Part shown: one piece after another, positions 1 through 11,963 of the stretch | How the letters are laid out: each line of letters opens with the position of its first letter | How positions within the stretch are numbered: the stretch's first letter is position 1 | Origin: Oikopleura dioica | Lineage: Eukaryota > Animalia > Chordata | Direction: 5' to 3' | Length of the DNA stretch: 64,000 nt | Assembly (NCBI GenBank): GCA_907165135.1 | Contig: OU015569.1 | Location: 9,424,001 to 9,488,000 of the forward strand | The notes under the pieces: model-generated | Database searches by the model: none | Told to the model about the DNA's origin: nothing | What the model saw: the letters and a program-made list of their open reading frames with translations, nothing else | Program-made: the position numbers and the translations under genes

Positions 1-348
1 GCTGAGCTGACCTGCGAAAAAATTTCTCTGAGCTGAGCTGAGCTGAGCTGGCCTACTTCGGAGGTTTCTGAGCTGAGCTGAGCAGACCTTTTGTTTAAGA
101 GAGTTGAGCTGAGCTGAGCTGAGCGGACCCTAATTAGAGCTGAGCTGAGCTGTTTTTTACTGTTTTTCGGTAGTAAAATTGTATTCAAATCATTGAGCTG
201 AGCTTAGCTAAGTGATAATCGTCTGAGCTGAGCTGAGCTGAGCTGAGTGAAAATTGTCTGAGCTGAGCTGAGCAGATCAGATCATTTTCCAAAATCACTG
301 AGCTGAGCGACTGCTCAGCTCACTCAGCTCAGCAAATTTGCAACTCTG
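1..348. mobile_element. Right-hand part of a hAT-like MITE with GCTGA subterminal repeat array (truncated by window start)
   Basis: Dozens of GCTGA/TCAGC units in 1-333 end in TTTGCAACTCTG (337-348), whose reverse complement CAGAGTTGCAAA matches the CAGAGTT TIR start of the two complete elements at 32982 and 49332. The left TIR and TSD lie outside the window. Confidence 0.7.
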
Positions 349-609
349 GAACCAGTGTCAACATGAAGATTCGACTATTTTGAGAATAAATGTACATATA
401 AAGTCAAACTATCAAGTTTACGGCATAATACCGCGTTGCTACAAGATACAAAAATTTAACTGGACGCTTAAAAAAGAGGAAATGAAGTTTAGTTACTGTC
501 AAAATATTCATGAAAATGAAAATTTAGTTCCCTATGAAAAGCTTGAGTCGAAAGTTCAGTAAGAGCTGTAAGAGCGACCCAAGCCGAGCTAGGCTTTGGC
601 GGTCTCGCG

Positions 610-783
610 GCGAACAAGGGATAAATGGGTGAGGAGGAGCGAACAAGGGCGCGCGAGGTAAAAAGAAGGATGGCGACTAATGGAGCGCGCTGAAACAAGA
701 ATGAGAGCGAGCAAGGGGACTTTGATCAAATTTAACTAAGCGAGCAAGGGAAAAATGCTCACAAAATGTGAGCGAGCTAGGGG
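610..783. repeat. Dispersed GCGA(A/G)CAAGGG motif cluster, possible MITE remnant
   Basis: Near-identical copies at about 610, 639, 707 and 740, a variant at about 773, then a poly-G run. No TIR/TSD pair found. Confidence 0.4.
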
Positions 784-2081
784 GGGGGGGTACGTTAGAC
801 AAAGCGATTAACAACAAGAAAAGGGCTTACTTTGTAGATACCGTCGTTAGGATCGAGATACCAGTGAGAGTGCGCCGACGAGAAAGTGACTGTAGCCCAG
901 TGCCAGAAAAGGACCGCCAAAATGCCTTGTGTCATCGTTGATTTTCTTCTCTTTTTTACGCGCTCCTAGTGTAACGGCAGTCTTCTCGCATCTCTCTTGA
1001 GGGGATGTTTTTAGGGATTCTAGATTCTTTTCTAGCCAGGTAGTAAAAGTAGTGTCCGGGAGAGAGCCGCCGACTGGCCACCCGAGCTGCCCGCCCATTT
1101 TCGAAGGAACCAATCAAATAGACATTTTTCCAAGGCTTGCTCTTCTCTTAAAATATCGCCGTCAGTGCTCCTTTTATGGCAACTCTTCAACAATCTTGTA
1201 GTATTTTGGAGTGTATTGCTTGTAAATTTTTGATACATATTGCTGGATTATCGATTTTGAATTGAAATATTTTTTATTTGTTTTAGGGATGATCCCGAAC
1301 TTCTGATATTCGAAGTTATGCCCTTCAAAAGACATAATTATACATAATTGAGAAATGGATGCAAATATAAAAAGGGGCGTCCCCAATTTAATCATTAAAT
1401 TTTATATAGAAGCTTCAAAATGCATTTAGTTGTATTTAGCATGTTTTGACCAGAAGACCTGTGATAAGAGGCTTTAATTTCCTTAATTTCTTATTAAAAC
1501 ATGAAAATTTAAGGCTTTTAAAACTTTAAATTTAACAACTTGTTTGTCCATGTTTCACAAATTATGTTTTAGCCGGCAAAAGGCATTATTTCTGCGGTCC
1601 ATGTTACCTTGATAATTTTAATTGAGAAGAGTTGCTAATAACATGCATTGCGATAAAAGGAAAAGAAGTTGATCGAATGTATTTTATTCGGTTTTATAAA
1701 TACAAAGAAGGATATAAACAGTCATAAACTGAACGTTTATCGGTTCAAAATCGCCCTTAGAGGATTTCTAGAGGCGTGTTTTAAAGATTTTTGTCCGCTT
1801 CGAACCGCTGCGAATATTCCGTAGTTGACCAACGTTGAAATAGAAAATGATAAAATTAAACTGCGGAATATTGTCAGCCAACTTTTAGACGACGAAAGGC
1901 GCCCAAAAGTTAAGTTATTGTAGCCAAGCGGAGCTCGAAATCTTAGGTCCGTTTGTTGCATGAGAAAAATATATAACGAGAAAAGAGCTCCAGAGAGAGA
2001 TTGGTAGGTGGAAAGTGCGTGCATTTGTACAAGGTGGAAAAGCGTAGTTGCGAGGGCTAGTTACTCGTAGCGTCTAACGAG

Positions 2082-3048
2082 TTAGATGCACTGATCGGAA
2101 CCGATCTCGTAGATTTTGGCGGTGGAGCTGTCGCAACACTGACTCGAAATTCGGTAGGGTCGGTTCAGAGGGAACGTATCTTTGTTACCGCAGCACTGCT
2201 TCTCTTGACCGCCTGGGCCTCGGATGCACTGGCTCCTGTCGAAGTTCTTGTTCTCGGCGGCGTAACTGCTTGCGTAGACTTCAGACACTCTCTGCGCAAA
2301 CTGAGTGTCGCACTTGCACAGATTCTGCTTGCAGCTTCCTTCCTTTGCTCGACAGGTGGCACTTCCGTCATCGGTGTTCAGTCGCAATTTGTAGCGCAAT
2401 TGTGGGCTACAATCTTCGTCCCCGTGTGACTCGCTCAAACACTATTGAGGGTCATTATCAGTGCCATTCTTGACTAAATCTTCGAAAGCAAACTAGCAAG
2501 ACCCTTTCCTTGAGACAGTTGGAGTATTCTTTGCAAGCTTCATCGAGAGCGTCGACAGGTTGTCCCTTGCCTCTCCCGTAGAAGTCATACTTTCCGTCCT
2601 TACCAAGGGCACCGCATTGGCACCCGTACATAGCTAAGTGTTTGTAACTGAAGCTGTCATTCTCTCGATTGAAGAACTTGAGAAGAACTTTCCACTTCTT
2701 GAAGTTTCGTTCTTCGATTCCACCTCCACTTCTGACAAGCCCGTTTCCAAGCTCTTCTTCATCAAAAGGCTGCTCAATTTCTAAAATTATTGATTATCAT
2801 AAATCAGCAGCAAGTAAGTAAGTTTTACCTGCTGATTCGAATTTTTCTGCTACCGAGCGAACAGTGTCAGTTTCATCAATATCGATAGTTGTTCTAAAAG
2901 ATATTAATGAAATACTTAAAATGGCTGTGGAATCAAAATCCTTGTATTTAAGAATTTCAAAAACTTTATGAATCTAGTTGATTATCTCTTGATCTCTGCA
3001 TGATATTTACCCAAATACGGCGGTTGCGAAAAGTAATCCGAGTTTCAT
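2082..3048 (-). CDS. Secreted phospholipase A2-like protein (4 exons), catalytic His-Asp replaced
   Basis: Signal peptide MKLGLLFATAVFG. Spliced translation gives YGCQCG...GRGKGQPVDALDEACKEYSNCLKC...CKQNLCKCD, the sPLA2 Ca-loop and helix pattern. The Cys-rich last exon is ORF 2082-2438. Confidence 0.85.
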
Positions 3049-5708
3049 TTTTGGCTGTTTTCTTCTTTTCGAATATTTCGAATTTTGTAAATATTATATT
3101 TTTCTTTGCTGAGGTACTAAGGACCTGGAAAGAGCATTTATAGGACTGCCGAGTAGGCGCTAGAGCGCATATTCGCGTATGCTCAGGCCACTGCGGAGTA
3201 TGCCACCTAGCACAAAGTCTAAACCGCCGAACTTTTTGAAAAAATCAGTGAGTAGTAAAATTTTTCTTTTATGGAAAAACAACGTCGAGTGTCGACTATC
3301 ATCCACAGTTAAAAATGATTAAAGCGTCGCTGGTTAGAGTTTATCGCCAGATAACGAAATTTTTGAGTGTTGGCTTTCGACCGGTCAGTTGATCCTTCAA
3401 GTGATCTCCTTTTTCTCGATTTAGATAGCAAATAACCTCTACGAAATTAATCATCATATAAGTTTACTCGCTTCTAAAGAAAGATTTCCTCTACACATGA
3501 TGCGCGCAAGAGTTCGTTATCTTCGACTCGTAATTACTAGTCCAAGCCCTTCCACAAATCCTGCGTTTGCAGTTGTGAAATTTCATGATTAAATGCATTT
3601 ATCAAATCAAGTTTAAGTAGTCAGCCTAGCTAACAGATCCCGGTTATTTGTGTTCATCTATTAAATTCATTAAATCTTTATTAATATTTATATTATGCAG
3701 CAAGAGTTATTCAAGTAAATATTTTCGTATTTCTGTTTGTTTTAAATTTGAGTTCTTATTATTTTGTTTTTCAATTTTGAGAGGATATCCTTGCAAAAAG
3801 ATCTTTGAATAATAGTTTGTTTGTATACGCCTAAAAAGTTGCAAGGCAGTGCGAGGTGAGCCCACGTGCGATAGACGATTAGGGGTAAGAGATTACCGAC
3901 TAAGTCTGTTAAAGGTTGCACACAAAGTGAACTAAGCAAAGTCAGAGCATGTCATTTTGAAAGTGAACGCCAACAATGTCGAGCTAACCACAACGTTGCA
4001 GAGCTCATTCGAGCAAGAAATAGATAACTATCGTGTAAGTATTGCTTATTGCTTCATTTTTTCTTGTATATGTAGTTTTTGAACTTTATTAATCTTATAC
4101 AATCCGTGATATAGATGGTTCTATTTATAATCCTATCGATCTTTAGTAAAAATATTCACGTTTTAATTGGGGTAGTTACTTCCACATATTTCGAATATAC
4201 AATGTAACTATTAAAGGGATCAGAAATTCAAGTTTAAGACTTGTAATTGACTCTGGAATGATGGAATATGTTCGATAAGTGGCGATCCCGGAACTGGGCT
4301 ATGGTTTCCAGACGTCGATTAAAGCTATTAACGTAGCAAGAGAAAATCGTGAGTGTGTGGATAGTGTTGAGATATCAGTCTCGGAAAAGCGGGAAATCGC
4401 CGTCGGAGTCAGGTTAAAGGACGCGCGAGGGCCACGTTGGCCGTAGAACGGGGCCGAGCTTTGACGCTCGACGGAATCACGTAATTCGAGCACACTCCCG
4501 CCCCGACGTTCTGGAAGACACCCCGACGTCCATAAATATTCTTTGCCGTGCGTCCTCACGCAAGACGACCTCGGAAAACTTCATCCGCGCAAATGATCAC
4601 ACGCACTTTCTCAAGCCCTTTTACTTGGTCATTCTCAAGCTCAACGTGAGCGAAAATAAAATTCTGAAAATATTACTGCAAACAAACTAGCCTGTCTTTA
4701 TCCTAAACAATCGAGGTACACTCACTGATGTCAACGAACAGCCAAATTAAGCTACTAAATATAAATTGACCACGTAAAAGCGATTCATATGCTGATTCAC
4801 CCCATCAATTCTTACATTCATCTTTCCTTACTCCAAACATCCACGTTTAATTAGTCCGTTGAACCCGTGATTAGTACACTATTAGTTAAACGGGTTAACT
4901 TGTGGATCTCTTTCGCTCAAATACGGTCGATTCATCATTCCGTCTTTTGGGTTTTTGCTAAATTCACTTTGCCAAAAGTTAAATCGCCGCAGTGGTTAAA
5001 TCGTTCCTTGGTAAAAACCACCTGGATCCTAGCTGGAGAAGGCGATAAGCATCGAGATTTAATGCTGTCTATTCATGCAGAGAGAAAGAAAATCTTAATC
5101 CGCTCTGTTGGTACTTTTTACAAGCGATGGTTGATAGATAAAAGCGGCAATCGCATTGCATCGTTTACGTAAACTAAATGCAAGAAACACGCGCAGCCAA
5201 TTATTGTCAATCCACGATAACTCTCGATTTTAACGTTATTATCTGAGCCCTTGCAATGCTGTTTTCGTTAATAGTAATCAGCGTGTTTGTTCAAAGCAAA
5301 GGCAAAAGATTACTCGGCCACAAGAACTTCTCCCTCGGTGAGCCAGTCGGTCAACCAAATGCCCACTTCAAGAAGCTAAAAACCAAAACAGGAAGTCCAA
5401 AATTATTTGCGAAAAAATTTCGCCCCTACCGCGAATCTCGCTCGAGACGCTTCAATTCATAATCCAAAAAAGGCTGTTTGTTGGCCACACTGCATTCAAT
5501 GCTTTCAGTTCTAGGCGCTTGTCTAAGAGACCTCCCGTTTTTGATAGTAGATACCGCCCCTTACGTCCACTACGGAACATTTAATTATATTTTGGGGCGC
5601 CGAGTATATAACCCACCTTCGCTATCTTTCAAATCAAATCAACACGAACTTCACCAAAAGAAGTAACTCAAGAGTAACTCGCGCAGATCTCCATCAAAAG
5701 AAGAAAAA

Positions 5709-5993
5709 ATGAACTTTCTAGCTCTTTTTGTGACCTTAATTTGCGCAGTCGAAGCTGGTATCAACAGGGAAATCCTCACCAAAGCGAAGATCGAGGGACG
5801 AAAGTTCACATGCCCCAATGGCATGGAAAAACTCGACCACTTCGAGCATATCTGCGTCCCAGAATGCCCCAAAGTCTTCGGAGGAAAGACCATTCGCCAT
5901 TGCAACAGAAAGGAAAAGAAAATTCACCAGAGACGTTTTCTCTACTACCACCTTAGCATGAATTGGAGCAATGACGAATTAATGCGAAAATAA
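5709..5993 (+). CDS. Small secreted Cys-containing orphan protein
   Basis: ATG-started 94-aa ORF with a clear signal peptide (MNFLALFVTLICAVEA) and 4 further Cys. No family recognised. Confidence 0.55.
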   Translation: MNFLALFVTLICAVEAGINREILTKAKIEGRKFTCPNGMEKLDHFEHICVPECPKVFGGKTIRHCNRKEKKIHQRRFLYYHLSMNWSNDELMRK

Positions 5994-6981
5994 GAAATTG
6001 TTTTCCAAGACTATTGCGAATTTAATTTATTTCTATTCTCTCTCTCTCTCTTTTTGCTAAAAATGATCATCAGTTCTACCAGCTATTACCGTCGCTATCC
6101 ACGTTGCTGCCTATCTGCGAACATCTTTTTTTTATATTCTCCCGTATGCTACATTAACATTTCAATTCTTTTAATTTATTTTTTACTGAAAAAAATCTGT
6201 AAATAATTATTTCACTTTGCGCGAAAATAAATGCGGAATAAAACCTTGCGAAAAATGTACTTTGAAAATGTTTCTTGTCTAAGTGCAAGTGCGGGAGTAA
6301 TTTTTGATTGAGGCGCGAAGAAATGTAAAAGATTTCGCAAGCGATCCCCGCTCGAGCAGATTTTCACCGGTCACGTGAAGATCAAAGCCTGATGGTCGAG
6401 TAAAACAAGCTTGCGAACATCTTGAGGTTCAAGCCCAACGTTAGAAGTTTTCGGCGAGATCGGCATTTTTGGTAAGGTGGATCTCCCTTCTTTGATTTTA
6501 AAAGTGGAAAGCTCTAAAGAGGAGTTTATTGAATTCCTCATGCACGTTCGTTGCTAAGCAAGTTCTAATTGACACTATTCGATCGCGCTATTTGGCGCCC
6601 TTTTCACGATTATTTCATTAATCTACCCCAAAAGGGTAGAAGCGCATTAATTTCCCGCATACAAGCTACGATTAATTCTGCGTCTCCGGCTTTACCTTTA
6701 ATAAAATCTCAAATTGAACCTAAAAAGAAACCAATTTAAGATTAGTCGACCGAGCCTTCCTTGCGCTAGCCATTTTTATTAGTACAGAAACTCATACAGA
6801 AACTAACTGCCGATTTTCGGGTTATTGTGGAGAGGGGGGAAGCTGACCTATTCTAAATAGGCTAATGGCTTGAAAACGGCTGCGTTTTCAAACTGCTGGC
6901 CGGAGAGCACGGAAGTGCCTCAATTTTCGAGAAAAGTCAGAAAACTTTATTTGCTAAAAATGTCAGCCCAAGCTAGAGTAA

Positions 6982-7976
6982 ATGAGCTCAAAGAAACGGC
7001 AGCGCGGCGATCTTTCCGGAGGAAACAACTTTAGACGAAAGCGTATACTCAAATCGCCGCTTTCATTAGCATCTAGCTGGGTTATAAGAGTGCAAATACG
7101 ACCGTGCCAAAACTGTGAGACGTGGAATTCTTTTTTTTTTTGAACGGGAAACTGAAGACCAAACTATACAGGTAAAATGCGCGCGGCCAAAACAGCAGCT
7201 CATCCGTCTCTCGATATAACAAATGACAAATTTTCTCTGAAACAAATGTGACCACTGGAATTCAGCATCAACAAATGAAGGATTTAAGCCCACTATAGAC
7301 TAGTGAAAATTTTGAGGAAAGAACGGAAATCGCAAGTGGAATCAAATAGCCACGGGAAGTATTCTCGCGGGCTCAATCACGCTCATCAAACTCACCAAAC
7401 GACGTAAATCCTTACATAAGAGAATACTCATCTACGCGCTCACTTTTTTCCTTTTTGAAAATTCTTGTCTTTTAGCAGGAAAACGTGTTGAATATATTCG
7501 TCGAACATCGGAAGGGGATCGAAAAGGCAGCGATAGCAGAGCTCAAGAACCGCCAGACTCACTCGCGAGATCAGCCTATTCAAATCTAGTTAGCGCAATT
7601 TTACATAAGATTAATTGGAGAGAGAGTTCGAGTCGCGGAGGAACATCAGTTTGGAATGAAATTTAAAGACGCGGCCAGATTTCGAGTTTTAGAGTCCATT
7701 CCAAAGCTGGAGCCACGTATGTCTAATTGAATCCTTTTCTAAATAGTACGGTAACACGAAGATTGTACCAAATTAGCGCGTGTTGACAGATTGGTGAAGC
7801 TAGTCACCTTTGAGGACCTCATTCGTCAAGTCGGCGCATTCGAAATTCACTTCGATACAAAACGTGTCAACGCTCTCACTTTCGAGCGAACTCCGGTCTA
7901 CTTGGAAATTCGCTTATGCAAAATGCAGAAAAACTTTGACGTCCGAGCAATGATTCGATTACCTTGCGGAATATAA
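6982..7976 (+). CDS. Hypothetical multi-exon protein
   Basis: Open segments bounded by GT/AG-like sites (e.g. QENVLNIFVEHRKGIEKAAIAELK; RVDRLVKLVTFEDLIRQVGAFEIHFD...LPCGI*). No homology recognised and the 5' structure is uncertain. Confidence 0.35.
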
Positions 7977-8305
7977 TAAAAATCTCTAAATTCTCTCTTA
8001 GAAGAGAACATCTAGTAAAAAAACAAGCCAGCAGGTTGCGTATTTCGTAGAAGAGAGTTTTTTTCTGGCAAGACAAGTCCATCCGAGACATATTTTAAGA
8101 ACTTCCGCAAGTTACGTACTATTTTTTGAACGCGAAAGATCTTGTAAATACCTCTTCCCGGGATAGTATTAACCGCTTTATCTACAGATTTCATGATTGT
8201 AAAAGCGGAAATTAATGCTTTCAGCTGTAAGCAATTAATAAAATGGATATAAAAGTATGTAAGGGGGAAATTGATCACTCTGAAATACAGCATTAAAATG
8301 AAGCT

Positions 8306-8700
8306 TTTTCTAGTTTATTTGTGAGCTACCGGTTTCGGATATTAATCCTTCATCAGGCTAACAAGTAAAATAAACATATATTCCGTTGAAAAGTAAGTTA
8401 CCGTGAGGCGGACAAAATCACGACTGAGGTGAAAGCGAGAAAACAACAAAGATCTAATCGTAACAGAAATGGCAAAAGGGCGCCAAGAATGGATTGATGT
8501 ATGCCCCTTTTGCCATTTCTGTTACGATTAGATCTTTGTTGTTTTCTCGCTTTCACCTCAGTCGTGATTTTGTCCGCCTCACGGTAACTTACTTTTCAAC
8601 GGAATATATGTTTATTGTACTTTCTAGCCTGATGAAGGATTAATATCTGAAACCGGAAGCTCACAAATAAACCAGAAAATGCCAACGGTCAACTAGAGAA
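8306..8700. repeat. Long fold-back palindrome (about 175-bp arms, about 21-nt loop) flanked by a 12-bp direct repeat
   Basis: 8306-8481 is the reverse complement of 8503-8679 with about 6 mismatches and 1 indel. TAAAATGAAGCT occurs at 8294-8305 and 8701-8712. Confidence 0.9.
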
Positions 8701-8738
8701 TAAAATGAAGCTGCTAAACAGAAGAAGAAGCGGGCAAC

Positions 8739-9235
8739 CGGGAGAATAATTCTGTGCACAGAACTATTCTGTGAAAAACAGAATTATTCTCACGATAACA
8801 CCCCCCCTTTCCGGGAGAATAATTCTGTGAAAAAATAATTTTTTTTAGCGAAAACAACTATTATTCTGCGAATGCAGAAGTTGTTTGCTGCCAAAAATGA
8901 GTCCCAGCGGTAGAAAAAGACTGCCCCTGCCAACCCAATGAGTTCTCTATCAGAAAATGCGCGCAAGGGCCGTAGGCCCGTAGCGTGCTTCATAGCCTCT
9001 TCGGTTCAGCTTCTACTAACAGACTATCATTGTTATAGATTGTATTTGGCTGCTAGATTCAAAGACCGACTGAAGTCAATCCTTTTCCACTCTTAGACAT
9101 GAGTTCCAGAGTATTATAGGCTATCTACGACATAATCAAAGTGAATTTTGCTAAGCTCGACACAGAATAGTTCTGTTTTTTCACAGAATAGTTCTGTTTC
9201 CACAGAATAGTTCTGTACACAGAATTATTCTCCCG
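8739..9235. mobile_element. MITE-like element with inverted ends built from CACAGAA(T/C)A(G/A)TTCTG units
   Basis: CGGGAGAATAATTCTGTGCACAGAACTATTCT at 8739 is the near-perfect inverse of AGAATAGTTCTGTACACAGAATTATTCTCCCG ending at 9235. Units are repeated subterminally. No clear TSD. Confidence 0.7.
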
Positions 9236-10800
9236 CCCAGCCAGAAGAAGCAATATTTTGCGATGAATTTCGAAGTACTGTTTCGTTTTTTGTTTTTTTT
9301 TAAGCCAAAAAAAAAATAAAATAAAATAAAAAAATTGATAATCGGTCATTTACTTGTCAAAGTTTATTGGCAAAAGTAATTTCCTACCACAAGAAGTCGC
9401 GGAATATTCTTTCCTCAAAAGTACTTTTAGGTTGGTTGAACCTCTAATTAAATTATAGAAATGGATGCTCAGAGCAGAGTGGTGGATTAGCTAAATCACA
9501 TCACACAAGTACTCTTCGACTGGAGCGGAGGCCTGGTTTCTATGGAAGTAAGAAATCTGCCTTCTAAGATATTTTTCTTGTCATATTGTCGCTGATATTT
9601 CATTAACTGACCGCTAAGACGGAAAATAAAGCCAGGAAAGACCGTTTGTTTCTCCCGTAGCTTTTCTTACATCACCAACTTCTAAAAGATTTAAATTCTA
9701 TACTTCCACGAGAGTCCCACTTGTTTTTTAGGTAGATAAAGTCTATCATTATCACACGTTTCATCGTCTTCGCAGATAAGTTTTGACGGCGAGGTTTTGA
9801 GGGCGTCTTTATTGTTTCAGTCAGCAATTAGCTCGAGCCGCAACTGAAAGCACTTTTCTCGAGTTATTATTTCAATTTTGGCAAAATACATAAAACAACA
9901 CATTATAGCTGCTTTGATGCATTAGCGAGCGCATAGAATTTTATAATCCTGCTCATAAACTAATTATATTTGTCCTTTTTTCTTTTATGTTTTATGCTTA
10001 CATGCAGTTGTGCGTGTTTGCATTCTGCAAATTATAATTTACAATCTTTCTTTTATCTTTTAACCGCTCCTTAATTGCGACAACGGTTGTTTCTCACAAC
10101 TTTGCATTGAGAAAAAGTTTTTCTAGCTTTGCAATTTACAGCAATTTATTTTCTTTGTGGCAAATAGGGTGCTAAATTTTCAAACAAAGTGTCTTTTTTT
10201 CATTTTCTTTTTTCGAACTTGTTGTTAGATTACTTAATCGGCCGGCAACAAATCTTAAATTGTTGTCTTGAAAGAGAAGCAATAAGTAAAGCTGCCCAAT
10301 TATTAGTAAACCAAGCGATAAACTTCATAAAATTATTGATGATCTTTGTACAATTCACGCTCTAGTAGAAATCACTGATGCTGCCAGTCAATGATCAGAT
10401 TTATATTACTTAATGGCCAGTAACAATGGGTTCGTGAAACTGCTGAAACCTGCTTATATCAATTTTAGCACAATCATTTTGAATTTTTTAAATTCCGATT
10501 TTTGTGAAGTCCTTGTTGATTTCAATGTTTTCCTTTGGATGTAGATGGACAATTCAAAATGACACTTATAGTGAAAAGAGCTTTATTTTGCTTGAAGAAA
10601 ACATGAAATGCAGGTTACATCATAAAATTGCCAGTTGATGGCGCTGCACACTGATACTGCTGCAATTAAATGCCTATTTTCGTCTTCCCGCGCGGTCCTC
10701 TCTACTGCTTCAGATGCTTGCTGATGCGGATCATTGTATTTAAATAGAAATTCTCTCTTCCTTGGACAGCAAATCTTATAAACAAGAAAAGAATAAAACG

Positions 10801-11686
10801 ATGAGTTCGAACTTGATCCTTACATTCCTCCTCGGGCACTGCATTGCCGAGCCTGCACTACAGAAGATGCTACAAGACGCATTACAACGGGCGACCCAGG
10901 AAGCCCAACAAATGGCTCGCTACCAGATGGAAGTCGACGTTGAAGACGAAATACTCTCGCGTAGTTCCCGCTTTTCGAGATCAGATCTTTGTGTTGCCCA
11001 GAAACATAGGTAATTGTTTTTATATCTACGTAGCGCGTCGTTAAATAATGTTATCAAACAAGGTGTAATACGCTAGTTAAGAATATCGTACCCATTGTTC
11101 GTTCACAAGTACGTTTGCCCGCTGCTGAGAACATATATGAGCGACTTCTGCCAGGGACGCGGAGACGAATGCTTCAAGTGCTCGACTACAGACATCACGA
11201 CTAGACAGCATTGGCATGTGCTCAAATGCAGACCATCGACAACAGCTCCTCATGACATTTGTTCTCAAGGTATGAGGCTGCAGCTAGAATCTTCTCTGAC
11301 GTTTAACTGCTTAGCCGCGATTGACTCCGCGTTTTGCTCCGGTTCCTCACCTCAGTGTCCGCTTACTTTCTACGACACGGGCGACGTTCAACCCGAATTC
11401 CGCAAAACTTGTTGTATCCAGCAGCTTAATCTTGGACAAACTCTTTCTTGCAACGCAGCATCTACGACTTTTCAGAAAGAGACTCTTGAATTGTGAGTCG
11501 ACTTTAATTTAGTTTAATTAGGTCGCCGATCAAAAATAACCAAATGATTATTTCAGCAAACTTTCTTTCAACCAGTGCAGACAACGAAAAGACTGCAACC
11601 ACGAAATCAACCCGACAAACGAAGTTTCAATGAAGCTTGCCGTTTATCAGCCAGACTCTTGTTGTGCGTCCATATCTTGGTCCTAA
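10801..11686 (+). CDS. Secreted cysteine-rich orphan protein (about 4 exons)
   Basis: Signal-like N-terminus MSSNLILTFLLGHCIA, phase-compatible GT-AG introns, many Cys including CC pairs, ending DSCCASISWS*. Confidence 0.65.
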
Positions 11687-11963
11687 TTTTTACTTCACTT
11701 ATGTAAAAAGAGCTTTTTTATCTCTTCGCAGCAAACTAAAAAATAGCAAAAATTAGTTTGAAACTAAGGACCCTTTTATCAAAAAAATATATAATCCATC
11801 TTCATAATAATAAAATATATCGCGTTTATAGAACCCTTGTTGCAGTCTATCTTTTTGAAGCATACTCAATCTTTATTGCATCTAATAAATCTAATCTGGT
11901 AGTGTATGAAAGCTGAGGTGATCTTGATCAAGCTCTGCAGGGAAGATTCTCAAGGTTTTATTT

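Noticed and set aside
1-333. GCTGA repeat array as CRISPR or telomere
   Set aside because: There are no constant-length repeats with unique spacers. The context is eukaryotic and the array ends in a transposon-type TIR.
847-1395. Minus-strand ORFs as a pogo/CENP-B-like transposase remnant (LEKCLFDWF)
   Set aside because: Only a short resemblance, with no DDE motif or TIRs. The plus strand could equally hold exons.
9900-10700. Degenerate GPCR-like fragments on the minus strand (SFTNPLL)
   Set aside because: Many stops in all frames and no consistent 7TM pattern.
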